From positions 1 through 15,191 of the forward strand of contig JBJMMA010000114.1 of assembly GCA_045805065.1 (NCBI GenBank): a DNA stretch of 15,191 nucleotides. The letters run 5' to 3'. Every line of letters begins with the position of its first letter. Positions within the stretch are counted from its first letter, which is position 1. The notes under the pieces were generated by a model, which was given only the letters and a program-made list of their open reading frames with translations, made no database searches and was not told the DNA's origin. This DNA is from Bdellovibrionia bacterium (lineage in GTDB: Bacteria; Bdellovibrionota; UBA1018). Below, piece after piece: positions 1-7,664 of the stretch. The position numbers and the translations under genes are program-made.

Positions 1-758
1 GGGCTGATGGCGTAGTTATAAATTTGAACAGGAAGGGACGCTACGGGCTGATCAAGTCCCTTGAACCAGAACTGACTATTGAGTGCTGTAAAAAGAAGTG
101 GCGCAGTCTCTCCGCCCGCACGAGCCACGGCTAGCATGACTCCCGTCATGATACCGCCCAAAGCACCACGCAACACGACTCTGACCGTGACTTTCCAGCG
201 CGGGATTCCAAGCGCAAGTCCAGCCTCACGGAGGTGGATGGGCACAAGCTTTAAAAGCTCTTCCGTGGTTCTTGCAACCGTTGGAATCATGATGATGGCA
301 AGAGCAAGTCCTCCGGCCAGAGCCGAGAATCTTTTCATCGGAAGCACAATCATCGCATAAGCAAAAAGGCCGACGATAATGGATGGAATGCTTGCCAGCA
401 TGTCGATCGAAAAACGAAGCGCGTGGGCAAGCTTTCCGGTCCCATACTCGGACAAGTAAACGCCACCTGCGATGCCCGCCGGGATGCCCACAAGTGCGGC
501 GAGCACGATCATGATCAAGCTGCCCAGCATGGCGTTGGCCATGCCTCCGCCGCTTTCGCCAACAGGCTTTGGAAGCTGGGTGAAAAATTCCACACTGAGC
601 GCAGGGAAACCTTGATGGATCACGTAGACAAACACGCTCACAAGCGGAGCGATAGCGATAAATGCCGCCACAAGCAGTACGGCGCGCATCACATGATTCT
701 TCACCTTGCGACGAAAGTCATGCGCTGCCAGAAGTTCACGAACCTGGGCCTGACTCAT
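1..758 (-). CDS. pstA: Phosphate ABC transporter permease PstA (3'-truncated by window edge)
   Basis: Not in the ORF track because it has no stop in the window. The start and end were translated by hand from ATG at 758, which overlaps the pstC stop as ATGA: MSQAQVRELLAAHDFRRKVKNHVMRAVLLVAAFIAIAPLVSVFVYVIHQGFPALSVEFFTQLPKPVGESGGGMANAMLGS...RAGGETAPLLFTALNSQFWFKGLDQPVASLPVQIYNYAIS. The GETAPL and LPVQIY motifs and the position after pstC are typical of PstA. Confidence 0.96.
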   Translation of the reverse strand, partial: MSQAQVRELLAAHDFRRKVKNHVMRAVLLVAAFIAIAPLVSVFVYVIHQGFPALSVEFFTQLPKPVGESGGGMANAMLGSLIMIVLAALVGIPAGIAGGVYLSEYGTGKLAHALRFSIDMLASIPSIIVGLFAYAMIVLPMKRFSALAGGLALAIIMIPTVARTTEELLKLVPIHLREAGLALGIPRWKVTVRVVLRGALGGIMTGVMLAVARAGGETAPLLFTALNSQFWFKGLDQPVASLPVQIYNYAIS

Positions 759-1738
759 TTTGCAGTCCTCTTGGCCGAGACTCGCCAGACTAAGAGGCGT
801 GCGACGCTGTTAATTAAAAATGAAACCACAAAAAGAATCAGGCCGACCGCGGCAAGAGCCGACAAATGAACATCGCTGGTCGCTTCTGCATATTCGTTTG
901 CGATCACGCTGGCCATGGTCTGTGCCGGCGCAAAAAGTGAAGCAGAAATCTCGTTTCGATTTCCAATGACCATGGTCACAGCCATTGTTTCTCCAAGCGC
1001 ACGTCCAAGACCCAGAATCACGGCTCCAAGAATTCCAACGTGAGAGCTTTTCAGAACAGCAACACGAATGGCTTCCCAGCGGGTTGCGCCCAATGCAAGC
1101 GCCGCCTCTCTTTGAGAAAGAGGAATGGCACGAAAGACTTCACGGCAAATGGCTGCGATCGTAGGCACGATCATGATCGCAAGAACGACTCCTGCCGTGA
1201 ACATGCTGACCCCGTAGGCGGGTCCACGGAAAATGGGGAGAAATCCCAGGTGCGCAATCAGAAACGGTTGAACCGTAACCCTCAGCCAAGGAGCTAGAAC
1301 AAAGATGCCCCACAAGCCATAAACCACGCTTGGAATCGCTGCGAGCATCTCAACCAAGAAACCCAGCATGGCGGCGATTCGAGCGTGCGCAATTTCGTTC
1401 AAAAAGAGCGCAACGCCCACGCTGACAGGAAATGCGATCAAAATGGCAATCGCTGAAGAGACCACTGTTCCATAAATGAATGAGCCTGCTCCAAAGACAT
1501 CGCTGACAGGATTCCAGACCTGAGAGGAAACAAACCCCAGGCCAAAGCTCTTGAGCGCGGGAAGTGAAAGTCTTCCAATCTGAAAAGCAACCGCAACGAG
1601 AATGAGGATCAGTGCCGTTGCAACAGCTCTGAGTGACCAGAAAAAAACGCGGTCTCCAGCATGAACGTCGCGCTTTTTGCCGCGCTTCACGCTGGAGACC
1701 GAAATGGATTCTACTGCGGGTACAGAGTTGTCAGTCAA
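755..1738 (-). CDS. pstC: Phosphate ABC transporter permease PstC
   Basis: Multi-TM protein with LAAIPSVVYGLWG, the EAA loop (REAALALGATRWE) and RALGETMAV. The TTG start overlaps the pstS end by 8 bp; the exact start is uncertain. Confidence 0.96.
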   Translation of the reverse strand: MTDNSVPAVESISVSSVKRGKKRDVHAGDRVFFWSLRAVATALILILVAVAFQIGRLSLPALKSFGLGFVSSQVWNPVSDVFGAGSFIYGTVVSSAIAILIAFPVSVGVALFLNEIAHARIAAMLGFLVEMLAAIPSVVYGLWGIFVLAPWLRVTVQPFLIAHLGFLPIFRGPAYGVSMFTAGVVLAIMIVPTIAAICREVFRAIPLSQREAALALGATRWEAIRVAVLKSSHVGILGAVILGLGRALGETMAVTMVIGNRNEISASLFAPAQTMASVIANEYAEATSDVHLSALAAVGLILFVVSFLINSVARLLVWRVSAKRTAK

Positions 1739-2750
1739 TGTGGATGTCTTTTACGCGTGCTTGAACCTTTGAAACCATCTGCTTTGGAAGTGGAGCATAG
1801 TGAAGTGGTTCAGCGTCTTTCTGTCCGGCTTTAAGCGCCCAGTCCAGAAACTTCACAAGCTTTTGTCCCTTCTTGGCATCCATCTTCTGATAGACCAAAA
1901 GATAAGTGAAGGCGGAAATTGGGTAAGCGTCCTTTCCAGCCGCATCGGTGATCGACACGCGGAAATCCTTTGGCATATCCTTCAGAGCGCCGGCTGCCGC
2001 ATTGGAGACCGTAGCAGGGGAAGGAACGACAAACTTGCCCGCTTTGTTCTTCAACGAAGCATATGGCAGCTTGTTGGTTTCGGCATAGGTAAGCTCGATG
2101 TAACCGATTGCACCCGGGGTTTGCTTCACGGTATTCGTCACGCCGTCGTTCCCCTTGCCACCCAAGCCGGTTGGCCAGTTGAGCGCGGGACCCGTTCCAA
2201 CTTTTTGTTTCCACTCAGGGCTTACTTTGGAAAGATAGTCAGAGAACACTGCCGTGGTGCCGCTGCCGTCTGAGCGGTGTGCAACCAGAATGTCCGTCGC
2301 GGGAAGTTGAACGCCTGGGTTGAGCTTTGCGATTGCAGCGTCATTCCACTTGTTGATCTTGCCCAGGAAGAGATCAGCAATCACCTCGCCCGAAAGCTGA
2401 AGTGGCTTTTTTACTTCTGGCAGATTGTAAGTCAGAACAACGGCTCCCAAAACAGTTGGGATGTGAATCACTGCAGGAGACACCTTAGTCAATTGCTCAT
2501 CGGTCATTGGAGCGTCGCTTGCGCCAAAATCAACGGTCTTGTCAGTCAGCTGGCGAATGCCGCCACCGCTTCCAATCGGTTGATAATTGATTTCAACAGA
2601 TGGATCCGCTTGGCGATACTCAGAGAACCATTTTGTGTAAAGAGGGGCAGGGAAAGTTGCGCCTGCTCCGTTGATGCTGACGGTGTCTGCAAAAACGGAG
2701 GTTGAGGACAACACCACTGCTAACGCAACAAGTCGTTGGGATACTCGCAT
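1731..2750 (-). CDS. pstS: Phosphate ABC transporter substrate-binding protein PstS
   Basis: Signal peptide (ending VFA|D) and motifs GAGATFPAPLY, GSGGG, DFGASDAP, HRSDGSGTT and YPISAFTY. Strong Shine-Dalgarno upstream. Confidence 0.97.
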   Translation of the reverse strand: MRVSQRLVALAVVLSSTSVFADTVSINGAGATFPAPLYTKWFSEYRQADPSVEINYQPIGSGGGIRQLTDKTVDFGASDAPMTDEQLTKVSPAVIHIPTVLGAVVLTYNLPEVKKPLQLSGEVIADLFLGKINKWNDAAIAKLNPGVQLPATDILVAHRSDGSGTTAVFSDYLSKVSPEWKQKVGTGPALNWPTGLGGKGNDGVTNTVKQTPGAIGYIELTYAETNKLPYASLKNKAGKFVVPSPATVSNAAAGALKDMPKDFRVSITDAAGKDAYPISAFTYLLVYQKMDAKKGQKLVKFLDWALKAGQKDAEPLHYAPLPKQMVSKVQARVKDIHID

Positions 2751-2755
2751 GTAAA

Positions 2756-2762
2756 CTCCTTT
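2756..2762 (-). promoter_or_regulatory. Shine-Dalgarno of pstS
   Basis: Minus strand reads AAAGGAG-TTTAC-ATG. Confidence 0.85.
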
Positions 2763-2815
2763 AGTTATTTAAGGACTCTTTTACTGAGGAATGAGCCCAC
2801 AAGTAAGTCAGGATT

Positions 2816-2862
2816 TCGTTAAATTCTCGGGCCGGCTTCGCCCGCCCTGGTCATTAAATTCT
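2816..2862. repeat. 12-bp imperfect direct repeat TC(G/A)TTAAATTCT flanking a GC-rich hairpin
   Basis: Copies are tcgttaaattct at 2816-2827 and tcattaaattct at 2851-2862. The 23-bp spacer contains GGGC-C-GGC-TTC-GCC-C-GCCC (2829-2847). Confidence 0.7.
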
Positions 2863-3523
2863 AATCCCGAAAGCTGCGCTGAAAGCGCTTGCGGCGCCAG
2901 TGTTGACGCAACCTACTCAAGACAGCAGGACCAAAGAAGACCAAGAAGTTCGAGTAGATGGAGATAAGAAACAGTCGATCCATCCAATCACCGCGCACAA
3001 ACTCCAGCAAAACTAGCGCGCCCGTAAACCAGGCCAGCCATTTGATTTTAACTGGAACGATCATGAACAAGCTGACTTCAGTTTCCGGATAGAGCGCAGC
3101 AGCAGCCAGAAAGAGTGATGATTGAAAATGCTGAACACTGGTGACCGGATAATCAAACGCAAATGAGAATGCGATCGTCACCAAGATGGAGACCAGTGTG
3201 TAAAGCGTCGTCTTGAACTCGCCCCACTCGTTCTCAATGAGATTCAAGATGTAATAAAGAAACCAAAGAGCAAAGATCACCCAGATCGGGCTCAGTGAAA
3301 GAGGAAGCGCAAGAAAAGTAACGAGACGCCAAAACTCTCCTGCACGAACTGCGTCAGGAATCAGCGCAAGGCGCGATGCCCAAGCAGGATTGGACATCAC
3401 CATGAGCGTCCCAAGGGCCTGAAGCGTTACAAAGATGACCGCGATGTTTGGAACAGCAATCCATTGAAAGCGCCGTTCCAAAAACCTTAGCCAATTTGGA
3501 GTTTGATTATCCCAAGCGCTCAT
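2861..3523 (-). CDS. Rhomboid-superfamily membrane protein, probably catalytically inactive (Derlin-like pseudoprotease)
   Basis: About 6 hydrophobic segments, the rhomboid L1 WR motif (GEFWRLVTF) and a YP...SLFMIVPVKIKW segment resembling the post-TM4 loop. It has no GxSG motif and no TM6 His, and ends in a basic C-tail. Confidence 0.7.
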   Translation of the reverse strand: MSAWDNQTPNWLRFLERRFQWIAVPNIAVIFVTLQALGTLMVMSNPAWASRLALIPDAVRAGEFWRLVTFLALPLSLSPIWVIFALWFLYYILNLIENEWGEFKTTLYTLVSILVTIAFSFAFDYPVTSVQHFQSSLFLAAAALYPETEVSLFMIVPVKIKWLAWFTGALVLLEFVRGDWMDRLFLISIYSNFLVFFGPAVLSRLRQHWRRKRFQRSFRD

Positions 3524-3567
3524 TTTCTTTCGCTTTCGTTTGAGTCTCTAAGGTAAATACTGCGTGT

Positions 3568-4713
3568 ATGAACCGTCTACTTAAAATGATTGTCACGGTT
3601 GCGAGCCTGATTTGTATCACGCCTCTGAGCATCGCCCAAGCTCAACCCAAAAAAGAGTTTCATCTGGAAAAGATCCAGCTTCCTGCTGGTTTTAAAATTG
3701 AGCTTTTCGTTGATCAGATCCCTGACGCACGCTCCATGACGCTGAGTCCACAAGGAACTCTTTACGTGGGAACGCGAGAAGAGGGGAAAGTCTATGTCAT
3801 TCCCAACGCAACGTCGGGAAAGAAACCCCTTCAAGTTCTCACTTTGGCTGAAAAGCTGACCATGCCCAATGGTGTGGCGTTTAAAGATGGCGCCCTCTAC
3901 GTGGCGGAGATCAATCGAATCCTGCGCTACGATGGCATTGAAGAGAAGATCAAATCGTCTCCAAACGAATTAACGAAAATCAAACCGGCGACGGTTTTTA
4001 AAAACCTTCCATCGGATCGGCATCATGGCTGGAAGTTCATCGCCTTTGGTCCTGATAACTATCTCTACGTACCGATCGGGGCTCCTTGTAATGTTTGTGA
4101 GAAAAGCGATCCGCGCTACGCAAGCATCACTCGCATCAAGCCGGATGGCTCTGGCTTTGAGGTTTTCACTCACGGGGTCAGAAACTCAGTGGGTTTTGAT
4201 TGGGACCCAAAAACGCATGACCTTTGGTTTACTGACAATGGTCGCGACATGCTCGGAGATCTCACGCCACCCGATGAGCTTAACCACGCGCCCAAGGCTG
4301 GGATGACCTTTGGATTTCCAAAATGCCTGGGAGATGGAAAACCTGATCCGGAGCTTGGAAAAGGCGTCGATTGCTCGAAGTTCTCGCAACCGGTTCAACA
4401 GCTTGCGGCTCACACTGCAGCGCTCGGCATGCGCTTTTACCGTGGAAAGATGTTTCCGTCTGAGTACCAAGGACAGATCTTTATTGCTGAACACGGCTCG
4501 TGGAACCGTCAGCCTCCGTTTGGCTATCGCATCACCCGCGTTCGCGTAAGTGGGGATAAGGCAGCCCAGTACTCACCCTTTGCAGAAGGCTGGCTGCAGG
4601 GCGCACAGCCTTGGGGTCGGCCCGTTGACATCCAGGAGCTTCCTGATGGCTCTTTGCTTGTCTCAGACGATTATGCCGGCGCAATTTACCGGATCACTTA
4701 CCGAGGCCTTTGA
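3568..4713 (+). CDS. Exported PQQ-dependent sugar dehydrogenase / glucose-sorbosone dehydrogenase family beta-propeller protein
   Basis: Signal peptide (AQA|Q) and motifs HHGWKFIAFGPD, GAPCNVC, GVRNSVGFDW, TDNGRD, PPDELN, AEHGSWNR, GRPVD and LLVSDD. Confidence 0.88.
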   Translation: MNRLLKMIVTVASLICITPLSIAQAQPKKEFHLEKIQLPAGFKIELFVDQIPDARSMTLSPQGTLYVGTREEGKVYVIPNATSGKKPLQVLTLAEKLTMPNGVAFKDGALYVAEINRILRYDGIEEKIKSSPNELTKIKPATVFKNLPSDRHHGWKFIAFGPDNYLYVPIGAPCNVCEKSDPRYASITRIKPDGSGFEVFTHGVRNSVGFDWDPKTHDLWFTDNGRDMLGDLTPPDELNHAPKAGMTFGFPKCLGDGKPDPELGKGVDCSKFSQPVQQLAAHTAALGMRFYRGKMFPSEYQGQIFIAEHGSWNRQPPFGYRITRVRVSGDKAAQYSPFAEGWLQGAQPWGRPVDIQELPDGSLLVSDDYAGAIYRITYRGL

Positions 4714-4716
4714 TTC

Positions 4717-6423
4717 ATGGTAAGTCATCATCCTATGAAACCCAGCACTTCTCGCGCTCGCCTTCAAAAGCGAATCGATGCCGCCATGGGAAGAACTCCC
4801 TGCGATCTCATCATTCGAAACGTTCAATATCTGGATGTGTTCCACTGCACCTGGCGAACGGGCGATGTCGCAGTGGCAGACGGCGCAATCGTTGGGCTCG
4901 AATCGGGTCTTAAGGCTCAGCGCGTGGTGAATGGAAAGGGAAAGTTTCTCGTTCCAGGCTTTATCGATGCGCACGTTCATATTGAAAGTTCGCTGGTGAC
5001 GCCTGATAACTTTCAAGCGGCTGTTCTCCCGCGGGGAACAACAACGGCGATCTGTGATCCGCATGAGCTTGCCAATGTCGTTGGTGTGGGAGGAATTCAA
5101 TACTTTCTCTCGGCCGCCGAGCACTTGGGAATGGATCTTCGAGTGATGCTGAGCTCTTGCGTGCCTGCAACTCACTTTGAAACCAACGGAGGTGGCGAAA
5201 TCAACGCAGCCTCCCTTGCATCACTTTTATCGAGCCCAAAGGCGCTGGGGCTTGCGGAGATGATGAACGTGCCGGGAGTCCTTCATAACGATCCTGGTAT
5301 TTTAGAGAAGCTTGAGGCTTTCTCCCATGGCCCGATTGATGGACATTGCCCGCTTGTTCGCGGTCAGATGCTCTCAGCCTATGCTTCGGCTGGGATCTCA
5401 AGCTGCCATGAGTCCTCTCAGTTTGATGAAGCAGCAGAAAAACTTACCAAGGGAATCTCCGTTTGGATTCGCGAGGGAAGTGTTGCCAAGGATTTGAAAA
5501 CTCTCATCCCGCTTCTCAACCTTGCGACATCCACCAGCATCGGGTTTTGTACGGATGATCGAAATCCCCTCGATATTTCAAGCCAGGGACATGTCGATTA
5601 TCTGGTTCGTGAGGCGATTCGCTTAGGTGTTGCTCCGGAAGTTGCCTATCGCGCGGCATCCTGGAGTGTCGCCCGTCACTACGGGCTTCGGTATAAAGGA
5701 GCGATTGCGCCAGGTTATGAGGCGGATCTTGTCCTCTTGGATGATGCTAAAACTTGCGCAATCTCTCAGGTCTATCGCTTGGGCATCTCGGTGGCTGAAA
5801 TCATGGCGCCATCGATCTCAGCGGCAAATGTGAAAAACACGGTGCGCGCTAAAATTCCAGAAGAGGCCGATTTTCTGGCTCCATCAGGAAGAGTTCATGT
5901 CATTGGCGTTGAGCATGGAAAGATCATCACTTCTCGGCACGTCATGAATCACGATGATCGCGGGGTTGCACGCCTGAGCGTTCTTGAGCGCTATGGAAAA
6001 GGCTCGGCGCCAGCAAACGCCTATGTCACGGGCTTTGGAGAAAACTTCACTGGCGCCATCGCCTCGAGCGTGGGCCACGACAGCCATAATCTCATTGTTG
6101 CTGGGACGAATACGCGAGATATGCGCGCAGCTTTTGCAGCACTTGCTGAGAGTGGCGGCGGATTCTGTGTCGTGCGTGACGGCGCTGTTCAATCTCGTCT
6201 GGAGCTTCCAATCGGAGGGCTTATGACCGATCAGTCTCCAGCGAAAGTGACCGAAAGTCTCAAGTCTCTTCACAAAGCAAGTCAGGCCACGGGCTGTATT
6301 TTGCCTGAGCCATTCCTGCAGCTTGCCTTCTTAAGTCTTCCCGTCATTCCGTCGCTTAAACTTACGGACCAGGGTCTCGTCGACGTGGATCGCTTTGAGA
6401 AAATTGATGTGAGGGCATCATGA
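4717..6423 (+). CDS. ade: Adenine deaminase (AdeC/Ade-type amidohydrolase)
   Basis: Motifs PGFIDAHVHIESS, DPHELANV, AEMMN, DGHCP, CHES, REGS, CTDDR, SSVGHDSHN and the C-terminal LSLPVIPSLKLTDQGL. An alternative ATG start exists at 4735. Confidence 0.94.
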   Translation: MVSHHPMKPSTSRARLQKRIDAAMGRTPCDLIIRNVQYLDVFHCTWRTGDVAVADGAIVGLESGLKAQRVVNGKGKFLVPGFIDAHVHIESSLVTPDNFQAAVLPRGTTTAICDPHELANVVGVGGIQYFLSAAEHLGMDLRVMLSSCVPATHFETNGGGEINAASLASLLSSPKALGLAEMMNVPGVLHNDPGILEKLEAFSHGPIDGHCPLVRGQMLSAYASAGISSCHESSQFDEAAEKLTKGISVWIREGSVAKDLKTLIPLLNLATSTSIGFCTDDRNPLDISSQGHVDYLVREAIRLGVAPEVAYRAASWSVARHYGLRYKGAIAPGYEADLVLLDDAKTCAISQVYRLGISVAEIMAPSISAANVKNTVRAKIPEEADFLAPSGRVHVIGVEHGKIITSRHVMNHDDRGVARLSVLERYGKGSAPANAYVTGFGENFTGAIASSVGHDSHNLIVAGTNTRDMRAAFAALAESGGGFCVVRDGAVQSRLELPIGGLMTDQSPAKVTESLKSLHKASQATGCILPEPFLQLAFLSLPVIPSLKLTDQGLVDVDRFEKIDVRAS

Positions 6424-7664
6424 ACCTGACACGTGAGCCTGTTCACGTTGTTTATGGTGGAGCCCAGCTTTTTACAGCGGAGACTTTCTCCAAAGTCGGA
6501 AAGCTTGCGCTCAAAGCCATCGATGACTACGCCGCGACGGCAGCTGAGTTTGATGCGTGCTTTGGGCTTGATTCAAAGCTTCAGATCTTTGATCGCGTGG
6601 TTCAAAAACTGAAAACCGAGGCGATTGAGGATTACCGGATTGATTTTGAAGATGGCTATGGAAGCCGGCCCGACTCCGAAGAAGATAAAGACTCCGTCCG
6701 CGCGGCAAAAGAGCTTGCTAAGGCATCCCAAGCAAGCCTGCTTCCACCCTTTGTCGGTATTCGCGTAAAATCGCTATCAAGCGAATGCAAAGAGAGAAGC
6801 TTAAAAACACTGCGTCTCTTTGTGACTTCCTTAAGCGAGGCAACTCAAGGAAAACTTCCGGCTGGCTTTTTGATTACGCTTCCTAAAGTGACTACCTCTG
6901 ATGAGGCAGCGTTTTTCGCACAAGAGCTCTCCGGGCTTGAGACAAAGCTTAAGCTTCCCGCTGGGGTTTTACGCTTTGAGATCATGGTCGAGACGCCGCA
7001 AGTCCTCATGAACCGCCGGGGACATTGCGAGCTTCCGCTCATGATCGAGGCTTCCCAGGGACGACTCGAAGCCGCGCATTTTGGAGCTTACGACTATACA
7101 GCTTCGTGTGGTGTTGCTGCCGCTCATCAGACGCTGGGCCATCCTGCGTGTGATTTCGCGCGCCAGATGATGAAGCTTGCCTTCTCAGGTACTTCAGTGC
7201 GGCTCTCGGATGGTGCAACCAATGAAATGCCCATCGGCCCGCACCGCTCCAAAGATGGGAAGCCTATAAGCCCTGCTCAAATGGAAGAAAATCGGGCCGT
7301 GGTCCATCGCGCTTGGAAGAAAAGCTATCAAGACGTTTCCAGATCTCTGCTTCAAGGCTTTTATCAAGGCTGGGATTTGCATCCTGCTCAGATTCCTGCG
7401 CGATATGCTGCAGTCTATACTTTCTTTCGGCAAGGGCACGCTTCAGCGACCTTGAGGCTCAAGAGCTTTCTTGAAAAAGCAGCACAGGCCACACTTTCCG
7501 GGAATATGTTTGATGATGCAGCAAGCGCCCAAGGCCTTTTGAACTTCTTTCTTCAAGGCTTAAGCTGCGGAGCATTTTCAGAGAGCGAGGCCCTGGCTGC
7601 AGGGCTCACAATCGATGAGCTCAAAGATAGATCTTTTCTCAAGATCGTCCAAAACCGCGCCTAG
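6420..7664 (+). CDS. Uncharacterised CitE/HpcH-HpaI aldolase/lyase-like TIM-barrel protein (DUF6986-like)
   Basis: PVHVVYGGA, EDYRIDFEDGYG, LPKV, MVETP, HFGAYDY and GWDLHPAQ parallel the CitE-family DLED, LPK, IET, G..D and IHP.Q motifs. ATGA overlap with ade. The family name is from recall, not from a search. Confidence 0.75.
   Translation: MNLTREPVHVVYGGAQLFTAETFSKVGKLALKAIDDYAATAAEFDACFGLDSKLQIFDRVVQKLKTEAIEDYRIDFEDGYGSRPDSEEDKDSVRAAKELAKASQASLLPPFVGIRVKSLSSECKERSLKTLRLFVTSLSEATQGKLPAGFLITLPKVTTSDEAAFFAQELSGLETKLKLPAGVLRFEIMVETPQVLMNRRGHCELPLMIEASQGRLEAAHFGAYDYTASCGVAAAHQTLGHPACDFARQMMKLAFSGTSVRLSDGATNEMPIGPHRSKDGKPISPAQMEENRAVVHRAWKKSYQDVSRSLLQGFYQGWDLHPAQIPARYAAVYTFFRQGHASATLRLKSFLEKAAQATLSGNMFDDAASAQGLLNFFLQGLSCGAFSESEALAAGLTIDELKDRSFLKIVQNRA

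Noticed and set aside
107..116. TCTCTCCGCC matches the tRNA-Ser 3' end (possible att site)
   Set aside because: It is only 10 bp and lies inside the conserved GGET codons of pstA. No integrase is present and I saw no longer tRNA 3' duplication, so no island is supported.
79..2705. Plus-strand ORFs 79-360, 423-869, 1040-1297, 1800-2273 and 2277-2705
   Set aside because: These are antisense shadows of pstA/C/S with no recognisable motifs.
2829..2847. GC hairpin as intrinsic terminator of the rhomboid-like gene
   Set aside because: No U-tract follows on the minus strand (GAGAATTT), so it is reported as a repeat-associated hairpin instead.
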